Shown piece after piece: positions 29,342 to 40,842 of a DNA stretch of 64,000 nt (position 1 is its first letter; each line of letters begins with the position of its first letter). The notes under the pieces are model-generated. The model worked only from the letters and a program-made list of their open reading frames with translations. It was not told where the DNA came from and did not search any database. The position numbers and the translations under genes are program-made. Source of the DNA: Deltaproteobacteria bacterium (GTDB lineage: Bacteria > Desulfobacterota > B13-G15 > RBG-16-54-18); contig JAFGNJ010000007.1 in the NCBI GenBank assembly GCA_016927065.1, positions 51,944-115,943 of the forward strand, written 5' to 3'.

Positions 29342-32300
29342 TCACTCCATCTCAACTGTCTTTTCTCCAAAGAGTCCCTCCACCGAGTTCCGCATCCGCT
29401 CGGAAGGCGCTACCATCAGCGGAGGTGAAAGCGCCATGATCACTTCTGACCGATGGGGAACGATGAAGTGCAGTAAGGCCTCGCACTCCCCCTTATTCTC
29501 CTCCAGGATCTTTTTCAGTCTCTGCAACTGATCTTTGGAAACCCCTGGTGTGCGGAGCCAAAAATGGATCTTCGATATCTTCTCCGTTTTTGCCTCATCA
29601 AGAGGCACCACGGAAGATGCTTTTACCTTATGTCTCTCCTCCCCCTTATCCAAAACCCCTCGAATCAAGACTGGCATATCTACCTTTATATAAGGGCGGA
29701 CGTTGCGAAAAAGGTCGGGGAAGATTATTACTTCCACCCTCCCCTTCATATCCTCCAAGGAGAGAAAGGCCATTTGGTCGCCCTTTTTGGTGCTAATCTC
29801 CTTCACCTCCGCTATCAACCCGCCGACGCTAACCTGAACACCGCTTGCCATCTCGCCGAGGGCCTCTGTATCCGCCGTAGTGAGCGTTCGAATCTCCTCT
29901 TGATATCTGATAAGGGGGTGGCTGGTCAGATAAAAACCGAGCACCTCCTTTTCAAAGCTCAAACACTGATGTTCTGGCCATTCCTCTATGACGGGCAAGG
30001 GGGTTGGCCCATGAGGGGATGCAAGCCCGCCGAAGAGGGCCGGTTGTCCTCCACGACGCTCTTTCTGTCGTGCCTGTCCCTGTTCCAAGGCCTCTGCTAA
30101 AACCAGCATGAGCTGTGATCGATGAGCCCCCATAGCATCAAAGGCTCCTGCTTTAATGAGACTCTCAAGTACCCTGCGGTTCACCTTGCGTAAATCAACC
30201 GATTCACAAAAATCAAAGAGAGACGATATTTGCTCTCCTCCCTCTCGAAGGTGCAGTATCTCCTCAACAGCCCCCAACCCCACGTTTTTAACCGCACCCA
30301 GTCCATATCTAATGTTTCCACCCGAGACCGTGAAACCCCAATCGCTTTCATTGATGTCGGGGGGGAGAACTTCGACTCCTTTCTCCCTACACTCAGCCAG
30401 GTACCTCATCACCTTATCGGTGTTGTCCATGTCACAGGTAAGCAGCGCCGCCATGAACTCGATAGGGTAATGAACTTTGAGGTAGGCCGTCTGATATGCG
30501 ATCAATGCGTAGGCGGCGCTGTGAGATTTATTAAAGCCATACTCGGCGAACTTATTCATCATTTCGAAGATGCGTTCGGCCTTTTTCTTATCAATACCAT
30601 TGTGGGAAGCGCCCTCTATAAATTTCTCTTTAAGGCGCTCCATCTCCGCAGGGTCCTTTTTGCTCATGGCCCGGCGTAGGATATCGGCATCCCCAAGCGA
30701 AAAATTGCCCAAGGTGCTGGCTATCCGCATCACCTGTTCTTGATAGACAATCACCCCATAGGTGTCCGCAAGGACCTCCCGTAACGCAGGCACATCGTAT
30801 TTAACCGCCGCCTTCCGATGTCTCCGTTTGATAAAATCATCCACCATGCCGCTACCAAGGGGACCGGGGCGGTAAAGGGCCACCAAGGCGATAAGGTCTG
30901 TAAAGCTCTCCGGACGCAGCTTGACCAGAAGATCCCTCATCCCGGAGCTCTCCAACTGGAATATCCCTGAGGTATCACCGGAACCAAGGAGCCGGTAAGT
31001 CTCTTGGTCATCAAGTGGGATGCGGTCAAGCTCGACTTTTTCACGCTTCGTCCGCTCAATCAACGCTACTGCCTTGCTTAAGACCGTGAGGGTCTTGAGT
31101 CCTAAAAAGTCGAATTTTACCAACCCAATACGCTCCACATCCTTCATGGCATATTGGGTAACCACCTCACCATTTCCACCTCGATAGAGGGGAATATATT
31201 CCATGAGGGGCCGATGGGAGATAACTACGCCCGCAGCGTGGGTAGAGGCATGGCGAACCATTCCCTCCAGAGACCGGGCCAGCGAGAGGAGTTTGGACAC
31301 CTGCAGATCTCCCTCGGCTAATTCCTTCAGCCTCGGTTCCTGCTCGAGGGCTTGTTTGAGGGTAATATTGAGGGTATTGGGTATAAGTTTGGCGATAACA
31401 TCCACCTCCTTGTAGGGAAGATCCAGCACCCGCCCTACATCTCTTACCACCGCCTTGGCCTGCATCTTGCCGAACGTGATGATCTGGGCCACATTCTCTT
31501 TCCCATACTTTTCAGTCACATATCTAATGACTTCATCTCTTCCCTCAATGCAGAAGTCCACATCGATGTCGGGGAGGCTGACACGTTCGGGATTGAGGAA
31601 CCGCTCGAAGAGGAGATCATATGGCAGAGGGTCGATATCGGTTATCCCCAGGGAATAGGCCGCCAAACTCCCCGCCGCAGACCCCCTCCCAGGCCCCACC
31701 GGGATCCCCCGCTCCTTGGCATAGGTGATAAAATCGGCCACGATGAGAAAGTAGCCGGAAAAACCCATGGAACTAATAATAGAGAGTTCCTCCTGCAACC
31801 GCCTCTCATACCGCTCACGCTCCTCCGGTGGAGGAGGGGCATAGGCGAAACGTCGCTCCAAACCTTCCCGCGCATTCCGCTCGAGATAGCGGTCCAACGA
31901 TTCCCCGGCAGGGGGCTTAAAGTGGGGAAGATGATATTCTTCAAAGCGCAGTTCCAGGTTGCAACGCTCGGCTATCTCCATAGTGTTCTTTAATGCCTCT
32001 GGATAGTGGCCGAATAGTTTCTCCATTTCGTCTGGGGAACGCACATAGAATTGATCGGTAGAAAATCGCATTCTTTGAGAATCTTTAAGGGTCTTGCCCG
32101 TTTGAATGCAAAGCAGTATATCATGGGCCACGGCGTCCTCACGCCGTAGGTAATGACAATCATTGGTGGCAACCAAAGGCACCCCCAGCTCCTGACCCAA
32201 TTCCAGCAATCCCTGATTAACGACCTTTTGTTCTTGAAGACCGTTGTCCTGGAGTTCTAAGTAAAATCTCCTCTCGTCAAAAATCTCCCTATACCAGCCT

Positions 32301-32779
32301 GCAACGGTCTTAGCCTCATCCTTTTTCCCTTGTACAAGAAGAGTAGGTATCTCACCCTTGAGACAGCTACTGAGGGCGATCAAACCCTTATTGTATTGTT
32401 CGAGGAGTTCCTTATCTACTCGAGGTTTATAATAGAATCCTTCGAGATGAGCGAGGCTTGCCAAGCGGATGAGATTTTTATACCCTTCTTGATTTTTAAC
32501 TAACAGTACCAGATGGTAGAAAGCGTCTTTGGATGCACCTGGTTCTTTTTTGAGGCGTGACTCAGGGGCCAGGTAAACCTCGCACCCGATGATCGGTTTT
32601 ATTCCATGGCTGACGGCCCCCTGATAGAACTCAATCGCCCCGAACATGTTTCCATGGTCTGTCAAGGCCAAAGACCGCATGCCATACTTGCGTGCAAGGG
32701 GAAAAAGCTCTTCAAAACGAATGGCTCCGTCCAAAAGGCTATATTGACTGTGAAGATGAAGATGGATGAATTCTTTCAT
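29342..32779 (-). CDS. dnaE: DNA polymerase III alpha subunit
   Basis: PHP N-terminus FIHLHLHSQYSLLDG, palm/fingers motifs and an OB fold, 1145 aa. No intein-like insertion. Confidence 0.95.
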   Translation of the reverse strand: MKEFIHLHLHSQYSLLDGAIRFEELFPLARKYGMRSLALTDHGNMFGAIEFYQGAVSHGIKPIIGCEVYLAPESRLKKEPGASKDAFYHLVLLVKNQEGYKNLIRLASLAHLEGFYYKPRVDKELLEQYNKGLIALSSCLKGEIPTLLVQGKKDEAKTVAGWYREIFDERRFYLELQDNGLQEQKVVNQGLLELGQELGVPLVATNDCHYLRREDAVAHDILLCIQTGKTLKDSQRMRFSTDQFYVRSPDEMEKLFGHYPEALKNTMEIAERCNLELRFEEYHLPHFKPPAGESLDRYLERNAREGLERRFAYAPPPPEERERYERRLQEELSIISSMGFSGYFLIVADFITYAKERGIPVGPGRGSAAGSLAAYSLGITDIDPLPYDLLFERFLNPERVSLPDIDVDFCIEGRDEVIRYVTEKYGKENVAQIITFGKMQAKAVVRDVGRVLDLPYKEVDVIAKLIPNTLNITLKQALEQEPRLKELAEGDLQVSKLLSLARSLEGMVRHASTHAAGVVISHRPLMEYIPLYRGGNGEVVTQYAMKDVERIGLVKFDFLGLKTLTVLSKAVALIERTKREKVELDRIPLDDQETYRLLGSGDTSGIFQLESSGMRDLLVKLRPESFTDLIALVALYRPGPLGSGMVDDFIKRRHRKAAVKYDVPALREVLADTYGVIVYQEQVMRIASTLGNFSLGDADILRRAMSKKDPAEMERLKEKFIEGASHNGIDKKKAERIFEMMNKFAEYGFNKSHSAAYALIAYQTAYLKVHYPIEFMAALLTCDMDNTDKVMRYLAECREKGVEVLPPDINESDWGFTVSGGNIRYGLGAVKNVGLGAVEEILHLREGGEQISSLFDFCESVDLRKVNRRVLESLIKAGAFDAMGAHRSQLMLVLAEALEQGQARQKERRGGQPALFGGLASPHGPTPLPVIEEWPEHQCLSFEKEVLGFYLTSHPLIRYQEEIRTLTTADTEALGEMASGVQVSVGGLIAEVKEISTKKGDQMAFLSLEDMKGRVEVIIFPDLFRNVRPYIKVDMPVLIRGVLDKGEERHKVKASSVVPLDEAKTEKISKIHFWLRTPGVSKDQLQRLKKILEENKGECEALLHFIVPHRSEVIMALSPPLMVAPSERMRNSVEGLFGEKTVEME

Positions 32780-32846
32780 GTTTTATTACTACGATCACAA
32801 GGATTAAAAGCGGTTAGTAAGCCTGCCGACGTCATAAGAGGAATCC

Positions 32847-34394
32847 TTATTCCCACTCAATGGTACTCGGAGGCTTGGAGCTGATATCGTAAACGACGCG
32901 GTTTACCCCTTGTACTTCATTGATGATTCGATTAGCCATCGTGCCCAAAAGCTCATATGGAAATCTTACCCAATCCGCCGTCATTCCATCACGACTGGAA
33001 ACGGCTCGCAAAGCGATCACGTGTTCATAAGTCCTCTCATCCCCCATTACCCCCACCGTTTTGATGGGGAGCAATACCGCAAAAGACTGCCAAACCTCCT
33101 GATAGAGCCTCGCATGAGTAACTTCCTCTTGAATGACGGCATCCGCTTCGCGCAAGATCTTCAACCGTTCCTCGGTTACCTCCCCTATGACCCTCACCGC
33201 CAAACCCGGACCAGGAAAGGGTTGTCGATAAACGATCCGATCAGGGAAGCCCAACTCCTTTCCGACCTTTCGTACCTCATCCTTAAACAGTTCTCGCAAG
33301 GGTTCGATGAGTTTTAATTCCATTCGTTCCGGAAGCCCCCCCACGTTATGATGACTCTTAATGGTAGCCGATGGCCCTTTAAACGATATGCTCTCGATAA
33401 CATCGGGATAGAGAGTCCCCTGTGCCAGATATTCCACCGTGCCAAGTTTTTTTGCCTCCTTTTCAAAAATTGAGATAAAAAGTTCCCCGATCACCTTCCG
33501 TTTCTGTTCAGGATCCTCTACACCCTTGAGTCGGGTCAAAAAATCCGTGCGGGCGTCTACGAAGCGGAGATCTAAATGGAAAAAGTCCTTGAAGGTTGAT
33601 AATACCTCCTCCGCCTCATCCTTACGCAAGAGGCCATTATCAACAAATATACAGGTAAGTCGCTCCCCGATGGCCTGGTGCACGAGGGCAGCAACCACCG
33701 AGGAATCAACCCCCCCGCTCAAGGCGCAGATGACCCGTTGCTCCCCCACCTCTTCCTTGATCCGCTGCACCGAGGTCTTTACAAAGGACTTCATGTCCCA
33801 ACTCCCGCGGCACCGGCACATATGAAAGAGAAAATTATGCAGTATCTGATCGCCGATCTCGCTGTGGGCGACCTCAGGATGAAATTGGAGACCTACCAAT
33901 TTTCGATTCGGGTCTCCCATAGCAGCGATAGGAGAATTGGCGGAACACGCAAAGGTCTTAAATCCGGAGGGGAGGTTTTCGACCCGATCACCGTGGCTCA
34001 TCCATACCCGGTACGTCTTACCCTTCTGGAGTCCTTTAAAGATCTCAGAAGGCTCATCAACCCGCAGGTCCGCTTTCCCATACTCTCGCTCCCTTGATGG
34101 CGCTACTTCCCCCCCTAGGACAGAAGTCATTAACTGCATACCATAGCAAATCCCCAAGACGGGGATATCAAGGTGGAAAAGCTCCTCATCTACCCGGGGG
34201 GCGTCCTTGCCGTAGACACTGGCGGGTCCCCCCGAGAGGACAATTCCTTTTGTTGCATTACCCCTGATCAACTCTGGAGAAAGTGTATAAGGATGAATTT
34301 CACAGTAGACCTTTTGTTCCCTGATGCGTCGGGCGATGAGTTGGGTGTATTGGGAACCACAATCAAGGATTATTACTTTCTCTTCGGACATCAA
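32847..34394 (-). CDS. guaA: GMP synthase (glutamine-hydrolysing)
   Basis: GATase [15 protein letters not shown]..., ATP-PPase SGGVDSSV, C-terminal KPPSTIEWE. Confidence 0.95.
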   Translation of the reverse strand: MMSEEKVIILDCGSQYTQLIARRIREQKVYCEIHPYTLSPELIRGNATKGIVLSGGPASVYGKDAPRVDEELFHLDIPVLGICYGMQLMTSVLGGEVAPSREREYGKADLRVDEPSEIFKGLQKGKTYRVWMSHGDRVENLPSGFKTFACSANSPIAAMGDPNRKLVGLQFHPEVAHSEIGDQILHNFLFHMCRCRGSWDMKSFVKTSVQRIKEEVGEQRVICALSGGVDSSVVAALVHQAIGERLTCIFVDNGLLRKDEAEEVLSTFKDFFHLDLRFVDARTDFLTRLKGVEDPEQKRKVIGELFISIFEKEAKKLGTVEYLAQGTLYPDVIESISFKGPSATIKSHHNVGGLPERMELKLIEPLRELFKDEVRKVGKELGFPDRIVYRQPFPGPGLAVRVIGEVTEERLKILREADAVIQEEVTHARLYQEVWQSFAVLLPIKTVGVMGDERTYEHVIALRAVSSRDGMTADWVRFPYELLGTMANRIINEVQGVNRVVYDISSKPPSTIEWE

Positions 34395-35430
34395 TCTCCC
34401 TTATATCATCCTCGGCCAATATCCCACTGTCTATGAGTTCCCGGAGATCTTCCGGATATCTCCCCTGCTCCAAGAAAAAGATTTTTCTCCCCCACTCAAC
34501 CCTTTCTTGTCTTACCTTTTCGACATATCCTTGGAGGGAATACGTGGCTCCACGTTGATCTCTCCATAAGAATTTAAAATTAAAAGGGAAAAAAGATATA
34601 AAAAGAAGAATGAGGGCGATGATAAGCCCCACCCCATATCTGACATACGCTGGCTTCTGCTGTCTCCGCACCTTTGCCGCTGGCGTCAATCGGCCAGGTG
34701 TTTCAACCCTCTTGATGCCTTTTTCCTTGAGATCGCCCCCCTCTAAAAGACTCGCTATAATTTCCAGGGTAGCGAACTTCCCGAGGAGGCTTATATCAAC
34801 AATCTCTTGTACACTTCTGGTGCCATCAACCAGTCGGTAGACCGCATCATGATCTTCCGACAAGCTTATGCCGTGTTCTTCAAGGGTCCCGCTCTTTTGG
34901 AGAACCATTGTTGGAGGGGGTACCTTCTTCTCTATCTCCGGCCACTCGTCCACCATCTTGAGGATATTCAACATCACTTCATCGGCATTTAACTGGACAG
35001 AAACCTTTGGTAATGCTTCTCTTGAAAGAGGATCAAATTTGAAAGTCCCTTCTTCCAAGCGAAATACTTCGTAAATTAGTTCGTGCACTTGCGTATAGAG
35101 GGCGTTGAGGACGGCCTGCTCTTCGGCCATCCCTTCTTCCACAACGATCTCTCCTAAAAAACGGCCTGACTTTTTCTGGCTCCGCAGGGCGGTATACAAG
35201 TCGTCCCGGGAAATAATGCCTGTCTTGGCCAACCGCTCCCCTAAAAGGTCCCCCTTTGTCCTCTGGGTGGAAGTAGCATGGGTTATTCTCCCCTCGAAAA
35301 AGCTTATACCGGCCTCATCATCCTTCTTGCCCCATACCCACACCCTCAGGACGCCTGTCTTGCCCTGCTGTCCCAGCAGCTGAATTACCTCCAGAATATT
35401 AAAATCCTTGAGTGACCCTTCTAAAGCCAT
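34363..35430 (-). CDS. DUF4388 (PATAN-like) domain protein with C-terminal TM segment
   Basis: N-terminus [24 protein letters not shown] is the DUF4388 signature. There is a hydrophobic segment [17 protein letters not shown]. It overlaps the guaA start by 32 nt. Confidence 0.7.
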   Translation of the reverse strand: MALEGSLKDFNILEVIQLLGQQGKTGVLRVWVWGKKDDEAGISFFEGRITHATSTQRTKGDLLGERLAKTGIISRDDLYTALRSQKKSGRFLGEIVVEEGMAEEQAVLNALYTQVHELIYEVFRLEEGTFKFDPLSREALPKVSVQLNADEVMLNILKMVDEWPEIEKKVPPPTMVLQKSGTLEEHGISLSEDHDAVYRLVDGTRSVQEIVDISLLGKFATLEIIASLLEGGDLKEKGIKRVETPGRLTPAAKVRRQQKPAYVRYGVGLIIALILLFISFFPFNFKFLWRDQRGATYSLQGYVEKVRQERVEWGRKIFFLEQGRYPEDLRELIDSGILAEDDIREIDVRRESNNP

Positions 35431-35437
35431 CGTCCCA

Positions 35438-37396
35438 TCACCTTCTAATCCCTTCCAACGAAAAAGTAGGTTTGTATATCTCTAATCCTTGTTTCTTATA
35501 TCCTCCCCACAGCGCTAAAACGTAAAAAGCAGCAAAAGCCAACAAGATCACAAATATTCCGCCAACCATGCCATAGGCGGAGGATGGGTAGGGCGGTGGG
35601 ATTATCCCCTTCCAAAGGAAAAATACCCCCAAAAAGATAAAGAATATCCAGAGATAGAACACACCCCGCACGTTATAACCCTTCCAGATATAACCCATGC
35701 CGGGGAGAAGTAAGGGAAACAGTTTTTCATAAATCCCCATTCTGATCTGAAAGCCTTTCGTCTCCCGTAGCTTGCTCTCCTTTATGTCCCGCCCCATCTC
35801 TTTGCCCTTCAAGATGCGAAAACATCTGACACAGATACGCTTTCTCCCCTCCTGCTTGCCCTGGGTTTGATTGTTGATCATTCCACAGAGGGAACACCTC
35901 CACCACTCACCTCGCCCCCTACCGCCATATGAAACCACGACCAGAAAGACCAAAAACAAGACGGGCACAATAAAAGGTAACCGAGGAGAAAGGTCGCCGA
36001 GCCAGACATCCAGTATGAAATACGAAGGACCGGTCTCTTGCCAAAGACCACCAAAAAGCCTTTCCCACAAACGCTCCAGGGGGACGGCCACGTCTATCAC
36101 ACTGCGATTGGGATGGGGAGAATCAATCTTCAAATGATCCCCAATGATTTGGGGACTTAATTCCTTGGCCTTTTGAAAGTTTTTATCGGCATCTTCTAAG
36201 ATAAGCATCGACTTCTCCGTAAGGGCCTTACTCAGATTAAAGTAATAGATACCGTTTTGGGGGGCTAGTTCTATGGCCTGGTTATATAACGCGCTCGCCG
36301 TTTCAGGATCGCCAAGGGCCATATACAGATTTCCAAGGTTGGAAATAGCGTCAACGTCCGATGCATTAAGCCTTATCACATTTTGATAATACCTCTTCGC
36401 CTCGACATAATCCCCTTCCCGCTTGAAAGCCAAGGCCAAGGTGAAGAGGGCATCTCGATCATCAGGATGATCCTGCGCCCACAGCCGCAACCGCTCCACT
36501 GCCTGGGGTTTGCGAGCCCCATATGACGCCTCGTAGATGTCAAAGACCACCTGGGATCGAGACCCTTGCATCGATTGAAAAAGGGCGTCACCAGCAGGGG
36601 GAATATAGACAACGAACAAGAATGCGAGTATCACTAACCCCTTCTCCCCTTTGGTGAGGTATCTCCATAGGATGAAGCTCCACACAAGGGCACACCATAG
36701 GATATTGAGTTGGAGTAGAAAAGGAAGGGCAAGGAGAAAGATCCGTCCAACCCCCCATATCATCTCTCTCGTGCTACCTTGCAACTCCTCTCGCATTGCA
36801 TGAAAAAATATCGGCAGGCGCTTAAAGAACACCATCAGACAAAAGGCGAGTATAGTCAACAAAACCGCGAGGCCCGCAATATAGAAGAAGTTGAGACCTT
36901 TGCCGCAGATCAGCGGTATATTGCGGAAATAGGCCCTTATACCTTCAATATTATTCTCGAGGGCCGCGTAGAGGTTAAAACTACCCTTTTTCAAAATGGT
37001 ATGAGCCGTATAGAAATAGGCGGGCGGGAGATCAGGCGCCATCCTTTGGGCGTACTCCCCCAGTTCTACCGCCCTTTCCTTGTCCTCCAGCGCCATGCCC
37101 TCTCTCATTAAGAGGAGGGCATACTCCCATAGGTTTGTAATTCCCCTATCGAGCTTCAGTTGGAGGATCTCCTCCAATTGCTCCTCACCAAGATCTCCTG
37201 CAGCCACTGCCTCTCGACGTTGGTCCCACTGTTTCTGGAAGTCGGCATCTTGTGGGGTAGGAGAAGACCATACATTCTCGTCTGTCGGTTGCTCCTGAGC
37301 CCCACCGCCTCCCCCTGCGCAGAGAAGCAGAAGGCATACTAAAAAGGCCGTCAACAACCAACTCTTCACGCTTCTTTTCACCAATGTTCCCCCCAC
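35438..37396 (-). CDS. polytopic TPR-repeat membrane protein with internal CxxC...CxxC zinc-ribbon-like loop
   Basis: Signal/lipobox-like N-terminus and TPR-like repeats (YYQNVIRLNASDVDAISNLGNLYMALGD...). Multiple TM helices and the loop WWRCSLCG...ICVRCF. An alternative GVG start at 37381 is possible. Confidence 0.7.
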   Translation of the reverse strand: MGGTLVKRSVKSWLLTAFLVCLLLLCAGGGGGAQEQPTDENVWSSPTPQDADFQKQWDQRREAVAAGDLGEEQLEEILQLKLDRGITNLWEYALLLMREGMALEDKERAVELGEYAQRMAPDLPPAYFYTAHTILKKGSFNLYAALENNIEGIRAYFRNIPLICGKGLNFFYIAGLAVLLTILAFCLMVFFKRLPIFFHAMREELQGSTREMIWGVGRIFLLALPFLLQLNILWCALVWSFILWRYLTKGEKGLVILAFLFVVYIPPAGDALFQSMQGSRSQVVFDIYEASYGARKPQAVERLRLWAQDHPDDRDALFTLALAFKREGDYVEAKRYYQNVIRLNASDVDAISNLGNLYMALGDPETASALYNQAIELAPQNGIYYFNLSKALTEKSMLILEDADKNFQKAKELSPQIIGDHLKIDSPHPNRSVIDVAVPLERLWERLFGGLWQETGPSYFILDVWLGDLSPRLPFIVPVLFLVFLVVVSYGGRGRGEWWRCSLCGMINNQTQGKQEGRKRICVRCFRILKGKEMGRDIKESKLRETKGFQIRMGIYEKLFPLLLPGMGYIWKGYNVRGVFYLWIFFIFLGVFFLWKGIIPPPYPSSAYGMVGGIFVILLAFAAFYVLALWGGYKKQGLEIYKPTFSLEGIRR

Positions 37397-37399
37397 GCC

Positions 37400-38884
<1,485 letters not shown>

Positions 38885-39382
38885 CTATCTTAGACAATAT
38901 ATTTAAGGCACTATAGCAAAATGACCCCGTTGCTGTCAACGAAGGAAAAGGGGCGGAAGCGAGGCCGGTCAGCGCAGAAATGGAATGTCTGTAAATGTAT
39001 TTAAGTTATAAAATTGAGAGTATGGTATGAGGCCTGCGATGACCTCAACCGAGGGAATGTGTCGCTCCCGCTCTTCAGCATAAAATAGAAATGGAGAAAC
39101 ACTATCAATAGAAAGTTCCCAATGGCAGAAGGCCACTCCCGCTCATATGAGCAATTGTCATGGCCATGTGGCCTCCCGCGAATCATAAAAATCAATAATC
39201 CACCCCTTTAGAAAACCGAAGGTGACCCTTTGGTCAGGGGGGGACTTGTAATCTATTTTTTAAACGATGAGATAACCAAATCTCACCATCACTTTCCCTG
39301 CTTTAAGGAGGAAAATACCTGTCTGTTCCATCACCAGCACAGTGCCTTACTCCTATCGTTGTTCAAGACCATCCCCCTGGTA

Positions 39383-39796
39383 TCACTCACACTCCCCGAT
39401 CCATCTCCCTGACTGCGTCATGGTCATCTCCGTATCCTCCTGTTCCATCTTGATAACCCCTTCAAAGGTCTCCCCTTTGTAAGTTACGTGACCTTTGAAA
39501 ATAGCAGTGCCTTGGCCTGTCTCACACTCCATAACCCAGGTGACGGTATCTCCCTTGATGTCTTGCTTGACCACCTTACAGTTCTGACCTGGTTCTATCT
39601 TTTGAGGCACCAAATCCGTCCCGGTCAGACATTGGGTGTGTGTCTGTGGGGGGAACTGCATGGGCAATCCCGTCATCTCCATCGTGGTCGTTATCTCCCA
39701 CTCCCCCTCCTTCATGTTGGGGCCTGGGGGGGCACATGCAAAACACACGACTAACACCAAAACCGTCAGCAATCCAATGATTTCCCTTTTCTTCAT
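39383..39796 (-). CDS. DUF3617-like lipoprotein
   Basis: Signal peptide with Cys lipobox. GEWEITTTMEM...QTHTQCLT...C pattern typical of DUF3617, recognised from memory. Confidence 0.65.
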   Translation of the reverse strand: MKKREIIGLLTVLVLVVCFACAPPGPNMKEGEWEITTTMEMTGLPMQFPPQTHTQCLTGTDLVPQKIEPGQNCKVVKQDIKGDTVTWVMECETGQGTAIFKGHVTYKGETFEGVIKMEQEDTEMTMTQSGRWIGECE

Positions 39797-39910
39797 GTTC
39801 TTTCCCTCCTTATTTTAAAAGTTGATAATAGCATCATTTGTAGGTCATTGACCGTTTTATTACGGGTTTGTTTCATCACAAGGCTTCTGCCGAATAATCC
39901 AGGACTTACC

Positions 39911-40348
39911 TCAACGCGGTAAAATATCCTCCGGCATCTCCGGAAAGCGCTTTTTGAGGCCGTCAAAATATCCGGGATCGCCGATGCAATCCGGATTGTC
40001 TTCTTCGGCGCAGGGTATCTCGGCTATTTCCCAACGGTCTTTGACCTTTTTCAAAAGAACTGAAATATCTTCATACATGTTCGCCCCGTCTTTGGACTGG
40101 GGCATCGAGTGTACCCATGCGTAACCGTTTTTAACCTTCAGATGCCTGACCACAAAAATCACTTCCAGATGATGCTGTCCTTTGACCCATTCGCGCAGGG
40201 TATCCAGAATGGCCTTTCTCTCGGCGCTGCCCGGTTGCGGCGTATATGCCTCAGGGTCTGAATCTCCAGCAGCCGGCAGGTTTGCGACGGCACAAGACAG
40301 ACTCATGAATATGAGCAGCAAACCGAGTATGATGAGTTTTCTTTTCAC
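39911..40348 (-). CDS. hypothetical lipoprotein (145 aa)
   Basis: Signal peptide plus MSLSC lipobox. No recognisable domain. Confidence 0.55.
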   Translation of the reverse strand: MKRKLIILGLLLIFMSLSCAVANLPAAGDSDPEAYTPQPGSAERKAILDTLREWVKGQHHLEVIFVVRHLKVKNGYAWVHSMPQSKDGANMYEDISVLLKKVKDRWEIAEIPCAEEDNPDCIGDPGYFDGLKKRFPEMPEDILPR

Positions 40349-40474
40349 GTAGCCTCATCTGGTTACACAAACAGTCTGTGTTGAAGCGATATATATATTA
40401 CATTAAGCAGAGCTGTCAAGGAGGGAAATAAGCGGGCTGGACTCCCCTCCCGATATCGAGTGTACGGAAGCTCC

Positions 40475-40525
40475 TTGCCTTCTCCTATTGTTTACCATAT
40501 ACTGGCGGAAACCTTGGGGGGAAAC
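40475..40525 (+). promoter_or_regulatory. promoter/leader repeat copy 1 (upstream of radC fragment)
   Basis: TTGCCT, 17 nt, TATACT, followed by a G-rich SD. It contains the 16-nt core GTTTACCATATACTGG (40490..40505) that recurs at 40804..40819. Confidence 0.45.
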
Positions 40526-40804
40526 ATGAATGCTGCATCAGCACAACGATGGCGACACCCAGGGGGGAAACTGAGAGAGCTTGGGCCGGAGACGCTCTCC
40601 GATGCCGAACTCCTCGCCGTCCTGATTTCTACCGGCATTAAGGGAAAACCCGCCGAACGGATCGCCGATGAAATCCTCGTCAGATTCGGGTCATTCAAGG
40701 CAATGGCCAAACAACCGTTGCATAAGCTTAAAGAAATAAAGGGACTGGGGGCAGTGAAGATCCACCGCATCGCCGCCGCCTTTGAGATTGCACGGCGGAT
40801 GTAG
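40526..40804 (+). pseudogene. radC: radC (UPF0758) N-terminal helix-hairpin-helix fragment, lacking the JAB/MPN domain
   Basis: LSDAELLAVLISTGIKGKPAERIADEIL..FGS......L.EIKGLGAVKIHRIAAAFEIARR matches only the RadC N-terminal region. It stops where the protease-like domain with HNHPSG should follow. Confidence 0.65.
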
Positions 40805-40840
40805 TTTACCATATACTGGACGAAAATTAGGGGGAAAGTG
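40788..40840 (+). promoter_or_regulatory. promoter/leader repeat copy 2 (upstream of hsdR)
   Basis: TTGCAC, 18 nt, TATACT, then GGGGGAAAG SD before GTG 40843. It has the same 16-nt core GTTTACCATATACTGG plus a similar purine-rich tail. Confidence 0.45.
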
Positions 40841-40842
40841 CA

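Noticed and set aside
39001-39412. Small ORFs 39001..39195 (-) and 39230..39412 (+) in the 500-nt spacer after guaB.
   Set aside because: They have no SD, odd composition and no motifs. The region is better described as non-coding island border and guaB promoter DNA. I cannot exclude a small RNA without expression data.
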